DNA of 63,221 nucleotides from an uncultured Planctomycetia bacterium (GCA_964409365.1 CAYPCX010000005.1:1-63221), one strand, 5' to 3'. Positions 25,885-36,007 are shown, numbered from the stretch's first letter. The notes: generated by a model from the sequence alone, not told the origin. Made by a program: numbers and translations.

Positions 25885-26310
25885 TCACACGGTCCCCTTA
25901 AGTATCCAGAGCCCGGCCGTGATCAAGAGGACCGCGAGCACCTTCATGAGGGTCAGGGTCTCCCCGAGAAAGATGATCCCGAGAATGAACGCCACGAGAT
26001 AAAAACTTCCGGAAACGGGCACAACGAGCGACACTTCTCCGGTCTTCAGGCCGTAGTAGAACGCGACCACCGCCACGAAACTTCCCAGAAAACCGGCTAT
26101 TACCAGGAAAACGATCGACTTCGGGTCCACGGAACGTATCTGGGACGGTTTCAGGACCAGCGTCCCCATTATCATTATCGCCAGCACCCCTCCGATCAGC
26201 CTGTAAAAGAGGCCTACCATGGGTTCCACTTTTATCAGTGCCAGTTTTTCCAGGATCGGCACTATCCCCCATATGACAGCGGCCAGGACGGCCCACCAGA
26301 AAGCGTTCAT
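25885..26310 (-). CDS. EamA/DMT family small transporter
   Basis: Five hydrophobic helices; YYGLKTGEVSLVVPV, GIIFLGETLT. Confidence 0.85.
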   Translation of the reverse strand: MNAFWWAVLAAVIWGIVPILEKLALIKVEPMVGLFYRLIGGVLAIMIMGTLVLKPSQIRSVDPKSIVFLVIAGFLGSFVAVVAFYYGLKTGEVSLVVPVSGSFYLVAFILGIIFLGETLTLMKVLAVLLITAGLWILKGTV

Positions 26311-26478
26311 GTCATAACTCCTCTCATTAGTGCTTTATTTTAACATTTACACTCTTCCCGCGCAACCTGTCTATAAGCCAAAATACGTAAGGCAGCTTGC
26401 ATATTATTAGACGGCAATATATAATTGGGATAAGCATTAACCCGTTTTCTAAAAACGGAGTCGGAGGAGTGTCTTAAT

Positions 26479-28077
26479 TTGAGGCATAGAAAGCTTTTTT
26501 ATCCCTTTATAATACTGCTTACATTCACGGCGCTCTGCGCGGGCACCGGCGCCCAGGAAAACCCTCCTCGCGTAGACAAACCTCTGGTGTTCGCCGGGAA
26601 CGACGAGTTCGCCCCCTATTCCTCCCTGAAGAACGGTGATCCGGAAGGTTTTTCGGTCGATCTGATAAAAATACTGTCCGCCACGATCAACAAGGATATC
26701 GTGATAAAACTCATGCCCTGGGACAGGTGCATCTCCGAACTGAAAAACCGGAAGATCAACGGGATAATCGGCGCCCCCATATATAAAGAACGAGAGCCTT
26801 TTATCGACTACTCCGCGCCGGTGGCAAAAATAGATTTCGCCATATTCGTCGAAGCGACCAACAGCTACGTCCACTCGGTGGAATCCCTGGAAGGCATGGT
26901 CGTTGCCGTCCCCAGGGAAAGCCTTATAATAAACACCCTGCAGAAGGAAAAACGCATCACCATAATGCAAACGGCCTCCGTACTGGAAGCCCTCTACAAA
27001 CTGAAGAACCGTGAAGTGACCGCCGTTATAGCGGAAAAGAACGTCGCCCTTTACTATATACAGCAGAAGAACATCGAGGGCCTCAAGATGGTCGGCGCGC
27101 CTGTCGGGCCCGACTATGAATACGCCCTGGCCATAAAGGAAGGCGACGCGCAACTCCTTGATGAGATCGACCGCGGCATAACGATACTAAAGGAGAACGG
27201 CACGCTGGAAAAGCTCAAAAGGAAATGGTTCGGCCTGCGCCTGGCCGCTCCCTTCCCCTGGAAGATGGTCACCCTGATAACGTCCGGCATAACCGGCATC
27301 TTCATCATACTGGCCGGCATACTGTGGATGGTGTCCTTGAACGCGACGGTCAAGGCCAAGACCGAGCAAATACAGCTGATGAGCCAGAAAATGGTCGAGA
27401 AGGACAAATTGGCGGTACTGGGAAAACTTGCCGGCCAGATCGCGCATGAGCTGAGAACCCCCTTGAGCATCATCAACAACTCCGTGTTCCTGCTGCGAAA
27501 AGAAGGGAGCAGAAATAAGGAACTTTTCGAAAAACGCCTGCGCATACTCGAGGAAAAGATAAAGCTTTCCAGTAACATACTGGAAAGCATCCTCAGTTAT
27601 TCCCGCGTCAAGGCCGAGGTGGCCTCGACCATATCCGTCAAGGAATGCGTGGAAGAGGTCCTGAAGGACATGGATATCCCGGAAAGTATCGGGGCCGAAG
27701 TGAACTTCGAGAAAGAGGAACTTCTCACGGTCTTCATGGACTTCCACCAGCTTTACAGCGTGATCCGCAACGTCGTGCTGAACGCCCTGCAGGCCATGGG
27801 CAAGACCGGGAAACTCACTATCACGTCCTTCCCGTCGGACAAAGACACCAAGGTCAACATCCGCATCTGTGACACCGGCCCTGGTATCGCTGAAAGCGCG
27901 AGAAACAAGGTCTTCAACCTCTTCTACAGCACAAAGATAACCGGCACGGGACTGGGCCTTCCGATCTCCAAATCCATTATCGAAGCTAACGAAGGCGACC
28001 TTTTCCTGGGAGAGACAGGCAAAACAGGCACCTGTTTCACGATCCAGCTTCCTTCCACAAAGACGACCAAGAAATGA
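26479..28077 (+). CDS. Sensor histidine kinase with periplasmic PBP (SBP_bac_3) domain
   Basis: PBPb domain (GFSVDL, LKRKWFG), TM helix, H-box AHELRTPL, N/G boxes DTGPGI and GTGLGL; TTG start after GGAGG. Confidence 0.9.
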   Translation: MRHRKLFYPFIILLTFTALCAGTGAQENPPRVDKPLVFAGNDEFAPYSSLKNGDPEGFSVDLIKILSATINKDIVIKLMPWDRCISELKNRKINGIIGAPIYKEREPFIDYSAPVAKIDFAIFVEATNSYVHSVESLEGMVVAVPRESLIINTLQKEKRITIMQTASVLEALYKLKNREVTAVIAEKNVALYYIQQKNIEGLKMVGAPVGPDYEYALAIKEGDAQLLDEIDRGITILKENGTLEKLKRKWFGLRLAAPFPWKMVTLITSGITGIFIILAGILWMVSLNATVKAKTEQIQLMSQKMVEKDKLAVLGKLAGQIAHELRTPLSIINNSVFLLRKEGSRNKELFEKRLRILEEKIKLSSNILESILSYSRVKAEVASTISVKECVEEVLKDMDIPESIGAEVNFEKEELLTVFMDFHQLYSVIRNVVLNALQAMGKTGKLTITSFPSDKDTKVNIRICDTGPGIAESARNKVFNLFYSTKITGTGLGLPISKSIIEANEGDLFLGETGKTGTCFTIQLPSTKTTKK

Positions 28078-28448
28078 GCGAGAAAAAAGCGCCGAAAATA
28101 CTGCTTGTGGACGACGACCGGGACATGTGCGAATCCCTGGCGGATGTGCTCACTCTCGATTCCAATTACAACGTGAGCTTCACGACGGAACCTTTCAAGG
28201 CCCTTGAAATGGTACGATCCGAGGATTTCTCGCTGATCGTCGTCGACTACAAGATGCCGGACATGAACGGCGTTGAACTCCTGAAGCGGATAAAGCAGTC
28301 CAAACCGGGCACCGTCGTCTTTCTCCTGACGGCTTTCATATCCAATGAGCTCATCGAACAGGCCAAAAAAGAAGGCGCCGATAAGGTGCTCTCCAAGTTC
28401 ATCTGGCCTGAAGAGATCCTGAAATACATCAAGGAAGTCGTCGGATAA
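28074..28448 (+). CDS. Single-domain response regulator receiver
   Basis: LLVDDD, VDYKMPDMNG, LTAF. Confidence 0.9.
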   Translation: MSEKKAPKILLVDDDRDMCESLADVLTLDSNYNVSFTTEPFKALEMVRSEDFSLIVVDYKMPDMNGVELLKRIKQSKPGTVVFLLTAFISNELIEQAKKEGADKVLSKFIWPEEILKYIKEVVG

Positions 28449-28555
28449 CCTTTTCTTTTCCTGCTTGAATTTTCTCTTTGAATATGCTATTGTGTGTATC
28501 TGATTTTGCCATATCTGTTCTACACACCTATAATATTAATATAAGGAGTAATAGT

Positions 28556-30541
28556 ATGATCCTAATTCCTTTACTGGCCCTGGCGGGCTTACTGTTCGCG
28601 GCGGCCACCTATCTTCTCTTGCTGAAAAAACCCGAAGGGCTCGACAAGATGCGGGAGATCTCTCTTGAGGTCCACAAGGGAGCCATGGTCTTCCTGAAAC
28701 TGGAATATCGAATAATACTCGTCTTCGTGATAGTGATGTTCGCCATTATCTCAAAATTCCTCTCTCTTTACACCGGCATAGCTTACGCCACCGGAGCTTT
28801 ATGCTCGATGCTGGCCGGTTTCATAGGCATGAACGCGGCCACCCGTTCCAGCGCCAGGACCTGTGAAGCGGCAAGAAGCTCGGGCACGTCAGAGGCCCTG
28901 AGCGTCGCCTTTAAAGGCGGCTCCATAATGGGGATAACCGTGGCGGCACTGGGCGTGCTGGGAATAAGCGTGTGGTTCATGATAACAAAAGATACTTCGA
29001 TAATCACGGGGTTCGCGCTCGGCGCCAGCTCTATAGCGCTTTTTGCCCGCGTAGGCGGGGGCATATATACCAAAGCGGCCGACATGGGTTCAGACCTCGT
29101 GGGTAAAATAGAAGCCGGCATTCCGGAAGACGACCCCCGCAACCCAGGCGTAATAGCGGACAATGTAGGTGACAACGTAGGCGACACGGCGGGTATGGGA
29201 GCGGACCTTTTTGAATCGTATGTCGGTTCGGTCATAGCGACGATGGCCATCGGCGCCGTTATGGTGAACCCTTTGAGCGCCATGCTCTTTCCCATACTCC
29301 TGATATCGATCGGCCTCATCGCGTCGATGCTGGGAGTTATTTCGATAAACTTCCTCAAAAAGCTGAACCCGCAGACCGCTTTAAGGAATTCTACGCTTCT
29401 TTCAGCCTTGATCTTTCTTGTGGGGGCTTTTTTCACCTCGAGGGCGGTCTTCGGGGGCATAAACCCGTTCTGGTCCATTTTTTCCGGTCTTGCCGCGGGA
29501 ATACTTATCGGTTTCGAAAGTGAATATTTCACTTCGGGCAGACCGATAAAAGAAATAGCGAAAAGTTCACAGTCCGGGCCCGCGACGACCATCGTTTCCG
29601 GGCTTGCCGTCGGGTTCGAGAGCACCATACTGCCGATAATCACGATAAGCGCCGCCATGCTCATCGCTTACCATTTCAGCCAGCTTTACGGCATCGGGCT
29701 CGCGGCCGTCGGCATGCTCTGCACTATCGGTATCGTTATGTCCACCGATTCCTACGGTCCCATAGCCGACAACGCCGGTGGCCTGGCCGAAATGGCCGGC
29801 CTGGACAAAAGCGTGCGCGCTATCACCGACAAACTCGATTCGCTTGGGAATACCACCGCGGCGATAGGCAAAGGTTTCGCGATAGGGTCGGCGGCCCTTA
29901 CGGCACTTGCCCTCTTCGCGGCTTTCCAAAAGGTCACGGGCTTGAATGCCATAGACCTCATAAAGCCCCTTCCAGTAGCGGGGCTTTTCCTGGGGGCGCT
30001 TGTCCCCTTCTCCATCTCTTCGATGACACTGAAGTCGGTCGGAAAAGCCGCGAACGAACTTGTCCAGGAGATCCGCAGGCAGTTCAAGGAGATCCCCGGG
30101 CTCATGGAAGGCACCGGCAAACCCGACACGCAGAGCTGTATCGACATCGCCACGAAGAGCGCACTAAAGGAAATGATACTCCCCGGCATCGTGGCGATCG
30201 TAAGCCCGATACTCGTCGGTACCATCCTGGGCGTGGAAGCGCTTGGCGGCTTCCTTGCCGGCGCCACCGTATGCGGCGTGCTGCTCGGCATCATGATGGC
30301 CAACGGCGGCGGCGCGTGGGATAACGCGAAAAAGTGGATAGAGGAAGGGAATCTCGGCGGCAAGGGTACCGAAACGCACCAGGCGGCCGTTGTTGGTGAT
30401 ACTGTCGGCGACCCGTTCAAGGATACGACCGGCCCGGCGATGAACATACTCATAAAGCTCATGGGCATGGTATCTCTCGTCTTCGGGGGGCTTCTGCTCT
30501 CTCTCCACGAATGGTTCATGGGCTTAATAGGGAGGTTTTAA
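28556..30541 (+). CDS. hppA: Membrane pyrophosphatase, K+-dependent type (probably Na+-translocating)
   Basis: GGIYTKAADMGSDLVGK, DNVGDNVGD, GNTTAA, GGAWDNAKK, VGDTVGDPFKD; start at ATG 28556 after AAGGAG. Confidence 0.93.
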   Translation: MILIPLLALAGLLFAAATYLLLLKKPEGLDKMREISLEVHKGAMVFLKLEYRIILVFVIVMFAIISKFLSLYTGIAYATGALCSMLAGFIGMNAATRSSARTCEAARSSGTSEALSVAFKGGSIMGITVAALGVLGISVWFMITKDTSIITGFALGASSIALFARVGGGIYTKAADMGSDLVGKIEAGIPEDDPRNPGVIADNVGDNVGDTAGMGADLFESYVGSVIATMAIGAVMVNPLSAMLFPILLISIGLIASMLGVISINFLKKLNPQTALRNSTLLSALIFLVGAFFTSRAVFGGINPFWSIFSGLAAGILIGFESEYFTSGRPIKEIAKSSQSGPATTIVSGLAVGFESTILPIITISAAMLIAYHFSQLYGIGLAAVGMLCTIGIVMSTDSYGPIADNAGGLAEMAGLDKSVRAITDKLDSLGNTTAAIGKGFAIGSAALTALALFAAFQKVTGLNAIDLIKPLPVAGLFLGALVPFSISSMTLKSVGKAANELVQEIRRQFKEIPGLMEGTGKPDTQSCIDIATKSALKEMILPGIVAIVSPILVGTILGVEALGGFLAGATVCGVLLGIMMANGGGAWDNAKKWIEEGNLGGKGTETHQAAVVGDTVGDPFKDTTGPAMNILIKLMGMVSLVFGGLLLSLHEWFMGLIGRF

Positions 30542-30542
30542 A

Positions 30543-31064
30543 ATGGACCTTGATAAAGTTATCCGGAAGATACCGGACTTCCCGAAACCGGGAGTGCTCT
30601 TCTACGACATAACAAGTATCTTCATAAACCCCGAGGCGTTCCAGTACGTTCTGGACAGGATGGACGCGCTTTACGAAGAGTCGGAAGTGGACGGCGTCAT
30701 AGCCATCGAGAGCCGAGGATTCATCGTAGGGGCCCCGTTCGCCCTTAGAAGGTCCCTCCCGCTGGTCCTTGCCAGAAAGAGCGGTAAACTCCCCGGGGAT
30801 ACCATCGCGAAAAGTTATTCCCTCGAATACGGCGAGGCGACGCTCGAGATCCACAAAGCGGACCTGACACCCGGAAAGAAATGGCTGATCGTTGACGACC
30901 TGATAGCCACGGGCGGAACACTGGAAGCCGTAGCTCACATGGTGGAAAAACAGGGAGCCGAGGTCGCCGGTATCTTTTCGATCATAGGCCTTCCCTTCCT
31001 GAACTACATGGAAAAGATATCCCGGTACACCCCCCAGACCCTCATAGACTACCACGGCGAATAA
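30543..31064 (+). CDS. apt: Adenine phosphoribosyltransferase
   Basis: PDFPKPGVLFYDIT, IESRGFI, ARKSGKLPG, VDDLIATGGT. Confidence 0.95.
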   Translation: MDLDKVIRKIPDFPKPGVLFYDITSIFINPEAFQYVLDRMDALYEESEVDGVIAIESRGFIVGAPFALRRSLPLVLARKSGKLPGDTIAKSYSLEYGEATLEIHKADLTPGKKWLIVDDLIATGGTLEAVAHMVEKQGAEVAGIFSIIGLPFLNYMEKISRYTPQTLIDYHGE

Positions 31065-31088
31065 TTCATATTCTCGCCTCTTATGCGC

Positions 31089-31210
31089 AGGCAGTGAGTA
31101 TACCCTCTCTCGCTCAGGTTTTAACAGCCCTTCAGGCACGAAAAAAGTTACCTCAACCAGAGCTAACTTTTTCTTGTTAAAATCAGCTCGAGAGGGCACA
31201 CTCACTGCCT
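31089..31210 (-). ncRNA. Long hairpin A (candidate structured RNA or MITE-like element)
   Basis: Nested pairs AGGCAGTGAGT/ACTCACTGCCT, CCCTCTC/GAGAGGG, TTTTAACA/TGTTAAAA, AAAAAGTTA/TAACTTTTT. The ATA/CAC mismatch closes as G-U pairs only on the minus strand. Confidence 0.4.
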
Positions 31211-31253
31211 TCAAATAACAGTTTCCAATAAATAATGACTCTTATCGGAGTGA

Positions 31254-31443
31254 TGGGAAGGGTCGTGTCCCGAAGGAGCTTTCGCGATTCTAGCGTTTTT
31301 ATAACTTTTAAAGGGAAAAAAGCGTAAAGCTTGTTTGAGCCCCCCGTATTACTGGGCGGGGGCGAGTTTACTTTACGCCTCTTAAAACAGTTAGAAAAAC
31401 GCGTTAAAGAATCCCGGGCGGATGAGGGATATGACCCTTCCCA
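31254..31443 (+). ncRNA. Long rod-like hairpin B, 190 nt (6S-RNA-like candidate)
   Basis: 18-bp closing stem 31254-31271/31426-31443 with two G-U pairs on +, then a 14/12-nt bubble, then GATTC/GAATC, GCGTTTTT/AAAAACGC, TAACT/AGTTA, GCGTAAAG/CTTTACGC and a GC-rich apex. Confidence 0.45.
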
Positions 31444-31444
31444 G

Positions 31445-32803
31445 CTACCTCGCGAACAGGAAAATATAGCGGAGGATGAAAAGGACGGAGAAGATCGTGA
31501 TCAGGGGGTGCACCTCCTTGCCCCTGCCCGAGACGAACTTCAGCAGCATATAAGAAATGAACCCGAAGGAGATGCCTTCGGTGATACTGAACCCGCAGAA
31601 CGGCATCACGGTGATGGCCAGAAACGCCGGTATGGCTTCCGTATAGTCGTTCCATTCTATTTTTTTCACGCAGCTCATCATCATGCACCCCACGATTATC
31701 AGCGCGGGGGCTATTATCGGGTATAAATAGGTGCCGTTCGCCATCTTATACCCTGAGCCGATCATGGATATGATCGGTTTAAAAAAGAGCGCAGAGATCA
31801 TGAGCAGGCCGGTTACCACATTGGAAAGGCCCGTTCGGCCGCCCTGTGACACACCGGCCGCGCTTTCTATATAACTTGTCACGGTCGAAGTCCCTAAAAG
31901 AGCGCCGGTCACGGTCGCCGTGGCATCCGAGAAAAGGGCCTGTTTAGCCCTCGGCAGTTCATTGCCCTTCATGAAACCCGCTTTCTCCCCTACTCCTATA
32001 AGAGTGCCCACGGTATCAAAAAGGTCGAGGAAAAAGAACACGAATATGAGTTCCAGGAAACCTATGCTCAGGGCGCCGTGAAAATTGAGCTTCAAAAAGG
32101 TGGGTGCCAGCGATGGTATCCTGCTTGTAAGCCCTTCATAACGCGTGACCCCGGTCAGTATGCCGCACAAAGCGGTAAGCACTATCCCGATAAGTATGGC
32201 CCCGCGCACTTTGCGGACAAGCAGTATCGAAATGACCACCAGGCCAAAGAGAGAGACGAGGACCGGGGGCGTGTTCAGCCGGCCCAGCGTGACATAAGTG
32301 ACGGGATGCGCCGTGGTCACGCCCGACCACTCGAACCCGACCAGCGCTATCAAAAGGCCTATCCCCACCGCGATAGCGTTCCTGAGCGAGACCGGGACCG
32401 CCTTTATGATATTCTCCCTTATACCGAAAAAAGAAAAGATGATAAACACTATACCGGAAATAAATATGGCCCCCAAAGCCACCTGCCACGGTTGTACCTT
32501 GGAACTTTCTCCCAGTATATGGGCTATTATGGGGCAAGCCACGAAAGTGAAATACACGTTGTGCCCCATCGCGGGCGCGAGGGCTATCGGGTAGTTCGCC
32601 AGTATCGCCATCAGAAAACAGGCGACGGCGCTGGCGATACAGGTCGCCGTCATCACGGCGCCGAAATCCATGCCGGCCTGCGATAGTATCGCCGGCTGAA
32701 CGAATATGATGTAGGCCATCGTCATGAAAGTGGTCACGCCGGCGACCACTTCCGTCCTGACGGTGGTATTGTTCTCTTTGAGCTTGAAAAAACGTTCGAT
32801 CAT
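31445..32803 (-). CDS. NCS2 family (AzgA/PbuG-like) purine permease
   Basis: TEVVAGVTTFMTMAYI, APAMG, DLFDTVGT, YIESAAGVSQGGRTG. Confidence 0.92.
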   Translation of the reverse strand: MIERFFKLKENNTTVRTEVVAGVTTFMTMAYIIFVQPAILSQAGMDFGAVMTATCIASAVACFLMAILANYPIALAPAMGHNVYFTFVACPIIAHILGESSKVQPWQVALGAIFISGIVFIIFSFFGIRENIIKAVPVSLRNAIAVGIGLLIALVGFEWSGVTTAHPVTYVTLGRLNTPPVLVSLFGLVVISILLVRKVRGAILIGIVLTALCGILTGVTRYEGLTSRIPSLAPTFLKLNFHGALSIGFLELIFVFFFLDLFDTVGTLIGVGEKAGFMKGNELPRAKQALFSDATATVTGALLGTSTVTSYIESAAGVSQGGRTGLSNVVTGLLMISALFFKPIISMIGSGYKMANGTYLYPIIAPALIIVGCMMMSCVKKIEWNDYTEAIPAFLAITVMPFCGFSITEGISFGFISYMLLKFVSGRGKEVHPLITIFSVLFILRYIFLFAR

Positions 32804-32818
32804 GCCAAAACCATTATA

Positions 32819-33724
32819 CTAGACCAGTCCCTTGAAATCAATTCCCCGGTAGACCGCGAGATGGTCCTGCTGCTGGAGAAGCGGCCTCTTTTTCCGCCAG
32901 AACTTCCTGTAGACGAATTCCGTGATCTCCTCTTTCTGGGACGGCGTATACTTATGCACGAACGGGTAAAGCAATATCATCCACACAACGGCCATGAACT
33001 TCCCGAAATCGTTAACGAAAAAACGAACGGTATTTGTCCTGGACAGGATCTGCGCCTTTGCGAAAAGAGGGTCTTTCATGAGGTCTTTTTTCAGCTTCAA
33101 AAGGCTCTGGCCATTGTGGTGTCCGAAATACTTGCCCACGAAATGATTGTACAACCAGGTCGTGGTATAGTCGTTACCGCTCTCGGAAGCCATAAGTACC
33201 ATATGCATGGCGCCCTTGCCCGCAAGAATGTTCCCGTAAAGGTTGCGTATCATGGCATGCCACACTTTCTCTTCACAGTAATAAAGGGAGTGATGAAGCG
33301 TTATCAGGTTGACTTTTCTCCCGTTAAGTTTATTTTTAAGGAAATCGCGCGTCCTTTCAGGAAAAGGAAATATCTTGTTGTAATCGGCGCGAATAGTGGT
33401 GACATGGCTCGTGTGCTGGCGCTTTACGCGTTCTTTCACGATGTCCAGCGCCGCCTCCTCCAAATCCAGAAGATAAAGCCCCCCGTTGAAAGCGGTCTCA
33501 AGGATGCGGAACTGCGGTTCCGCGCTGGAGCCGATGGAAAGCGCTCTCATAGCCCAGCCGAGAGGCATCGCCTTACCCAACGTCCTGATCACCCTGGCCA
33601 ACTGTTCGCCTATGTCCACCTTGTCGTTACTGTAACGCGACCAGATCTGGTCCTCACGATACATATCGACCTCCCCGGCCCGTATGCCCAGCTCTATCAT
33701 CTTCCTGTCCATAGATCGTGCCAT
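32819..33724 (-). CDS. Hypothetical protein, probable class I SAM-methyltransferase fold
   Basis: ALSIGSS (motif I-like), LYLLDLE, ADYN, LITLHHSLYY; strongest ORF in the operon context. Confidence 0.6.
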   Translation of the reverse strand: MARSMDRKMIELGIRAGEVDMYREDQIWSRYSNDKVDIGEQLARVIRTLGKAMPLGWAMRALSIGSSAEPQFRILETAFNGGLYLLDLEEAALDIVKERVKRQHTSHVTTIRADYNKIFPFPERTRDFLKNKLNGRKVNLITLHHSLYYCEEKVWHAMIRNLYGNILAGKGAMHMVLMASESGNDYTTTWLYNHFVGKYFGHHNGQSLLKLKKDLMKDPLFAKAQILSRTNTVRFFVNDFGKFMAVVWMILLYPFVHKYTPSQKEEITEFVYRKFWRKKRPLLQQQDHLAVYRGIDFKGLV

Positions 33725-33776
33725 TTAACCACTCTCCCTTGACTTATCCGCCTATTAATAATATAACAATAATATC

Positions 33777-34985
33777 ATGGCTGGCAAAAAAAATATCTTT
33801 TTTCTTTTTTTTCTGCTCCTGTGGTGCGCTGTATCGTTGTGCCCGCAGAACGCCTCTGACGCCGCTTCGGGCAAAGAACCGCGCCTTGGCGTGTGGATAA
33901 CCGTCTTTACCCCGGAGAAGGTGCTGTTTTCAAAAGCGAGCGCGGACCGTCTTATAGGCCGATGCCGGACCTCGGGGATAGACCACATATACCTCCAGGT
34001 ATACAGAGCCGATAAAGCCTATTACGATTCGGACATCACCGACAGGTCCGCTTATGAAAAAATGCTCAAAGAGGCCGGCGGGGATAATATAAAATATCTT
34101 ATCCGGGAAGCGCACAAAAGCGGCATAAAGGTATACGCATGGCTGAACCTTTTGAGCATATCCCAGAACAGCGGCGCCAACATTTTAAAAAAATACGGGA
34201 ACCAGGTGCTGACCCGGGACCAGCACGGCAGGACCTCGCTCCGCAAAGGCGACAAGGACAAACTGGACAAGTACTATATCCGCGAGAACCAGCTTTTCCT
34301 CGAACCCGGGGACGAACGTGTAAGGAGCTACCTTGCCTCAATAGCGGCGGAGATCATGAAAAAATACCCGGACCTGGACGGACTTCACCTCGACTATGTG
34401 AGGTATCCGGCCGTGGTGCCTTTCAGTCCCGGGTCGCGTTTTATCTCCCACGGGCTGGGCTACGGTTACGTAAAGACCAACCTGGATAATTTTAAAAAGA
34501 ACACGGGGCTCAACGCCAGGACCATGGAAGGTTCCCGTGACAACTACAGGAAGTGGGACGACTGGCACAGGGACCAGGTAACCACCCTTGTAAAGGACAT
34601 CTCGGGCCGCGTCAAGGCCTTATCCCCGTCCGCCGAGATCTCCTGCACGATAGTACCGTCCATCGAAAGGACGCATCTGGTCACTTTCCAGGACTGGACC
34701 GAATGGCTGCGCGAAGGGTACGTCGATTACGTGACGGTCATGAACTACACGGATGATACGAAACTTCTGGAACTGAACTCCGGCTCCATGCTCCTGCCGG
34801 AAGTGGAAGAAAAGGTATACATAGGGGTAGGCGCGTACCTGCTCAAGAAAAAAACCGCGGTCCTGAAGGAACAACTCTCCTATCTGATCGAACTTTCCCC
34901 CGCCGGTATAGTGATATTCTCGTATGACGACATCGCGGACAACGAAGAGCTGCAGGTATTCCTGGAGAAAAATTTCAAAGGTTAG
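33777..34985 (+). CDS. Exported GHL10/DUF187 glycoside hydrolase-like protein
   Basis: Signal peptide, IYLQVY, AHKSGIKVYAWLN, LDGLHLDYVRYP, FQDWTEW, VMNY. Confidence 0.85.
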   Translation: MAGKKNIFFLFFLLLWCAVSLCPQNASDAASGKEPRLGVWITVFTPEKVLFSKASADRLIGRCRTSGIDHIYLQVYRADKAYYDSDITDRSAYEKMLKEAGGDNIKYLIREAHKSGIKVYAWLNLLSISQNSGANILKKYGNQVLTRDQHGRTSLRKGDKDKLDKYYIRENQLFLEPGDERVRSYLASIAAEIMKKYPDLDGLHLDYVRYPAVVPFSPGSRFISHGLGYGYVKTNLDNFKKNTGLNARTMEGSRDNYRKWDDWHRDQVTTLVKDISGRVKALSPSAEISCTIVPSIERTHLVTFQDWTEWLREGYVDYVTVMNYTDDTKLLELNSGSMLLPEVEEKVYIGVGAYLLKKKTAVLKEQLSYLIELSPAGIVIFSYDDIADNEELQVFLEKNFKG

Positions 34986-36007
34986 ACGGTATCCGGCCCG
35001 GACGCCTTTCTCAAGCGGTTCATGACGGCCAGGCCCAACCCCTTTTCGGGTATGCCTTCGGCGACTATCACGCCGACCTCATCGGCATCGAATTCCCTCA
35101 ATATATGGAAAAGCCTGGAAGCGCATACCTTGCCGTCAGCCCCCGGGCCCAGGACCTTCACGTCAAAACCGTCAAAGCTCCCGGCATGTTCCTCCCTGGC
35201 CATTATGCCTACCTTCCGCCCGCGCGAGGCAAGATCTGAGGCAACCTCGATCGTCTCATTTACCTGGGAAGGGCCGTCCGCGACAAGCACAATGTCCGCT
35301 TCCGGAGAATAATGCTGCGGATACGTACCGGGCGAACTTTTGATCCTTTCGGCTTCCCCGGCCACTTCTACCCTGCCAACGACCAGTCTCAGCTTTTCCA
35401 CATCCGTACCACCGGGCCTGAGCACTATAGTGCGGCCTTCGATGAACTCAACAACGGTCGACTCTATGCCGATATCGGTGCTTCCCCCGTCGAGCACCAT
35501 GTCTATCCTGCCGTCAAGGTCATCGATAACGTGCCGGGCCGTGGTCGGTGAAGGCCGGCCGAAGAGGTTCGCCGACGGGGCCGCTATCGGGACTCCCGCA
35601 GTTTCGATCAGTTTTTTCGCTACCGCGTTCGACGGCATGCGTAAAGCCACGGTATCCAGGCCTGTTGTGACAAGGTCAGGTACTTTATCGGACTTTTTCA
35701 GCACCAGCGTCAAAGGCCCCGGCCAGAAGCGATCGGCCAGCTTCTCCGCCTCAGGAGGCACTTCCTTTGCCAGGGCATAAAGGTCTTCCCGCCTCTCTAT
35801 GTGGACTATAAGAGGATCGTCAAGCGGCCTTTTTTTCGCTTCGAATATCCCGGATACGGCTTTCACGTCAAGCGCGTTCGCGCCCAAGCCGTAGACCGTC
35901 TCGGTAGGAAAAGCGACAAGGCCCCTGTTGTGTATGACCTCGGAGGCCTGTCTGAGTATTTCGGGATCGACCCTGAGCGGGTCCACCTTTAAGACGCGTG
36001 GTCTCAT
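34982..36007 (-). CDS. sua5: Threonylcarbamoyl-AMP synthase, Sua5 type
   Basis: [55 protein letters not shown]. Confidence 0.95.
   Translation of the reverse strand: MRPRVLKVDPLRVDPEILRQASEVIHNRGLVAFPTETVYGLGANALDVKAVSGIFEAKKRPLDDPLIVHIERREDLYALAKEVPPEAEKLADRFWPGPLTLVLKKSDKVPDLVTTGLDTVALRMPSNAVAKKLIETAGVPIAAPSANLFGRPSPTTARHVIDDLDGRIDMVLDGGSTDIGIESTVVEFIEGRTIVLRPGGTDVEKLRLVVGRVEVAGEAERIKSSPGTYPQHYSPEADIVLVADGPSQVNETIEVASDLASRGRKVGIMAREEHAGSFDGFDVKVLGPGADGKVCASRLFHILREFDADEVGVIVAEGIPEKGLGLAVMNRLRKASGPDTV

Noticed and set aside
25543-26343. ORF with LVTGYW repeats
   Set aside because: Just the translation of the (TGGTTAC)n tract in an antisense frame.
30516-31214. 232-aa minus-strand ORF starting in hairpin A, or a type I toxin there
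   Set aside because: Antisense to apt; no short hydrophobic ORF with an RBS was found in either hairpin.
31254-31443. SRP RNA, RNase P RNA or tmRNA
   Set aside because: Lacks the SRP helix-8 GNRA/AGCAG motif, the RNase P GAGGAAAGUCC motif and tmRNA tRNA-like ends.
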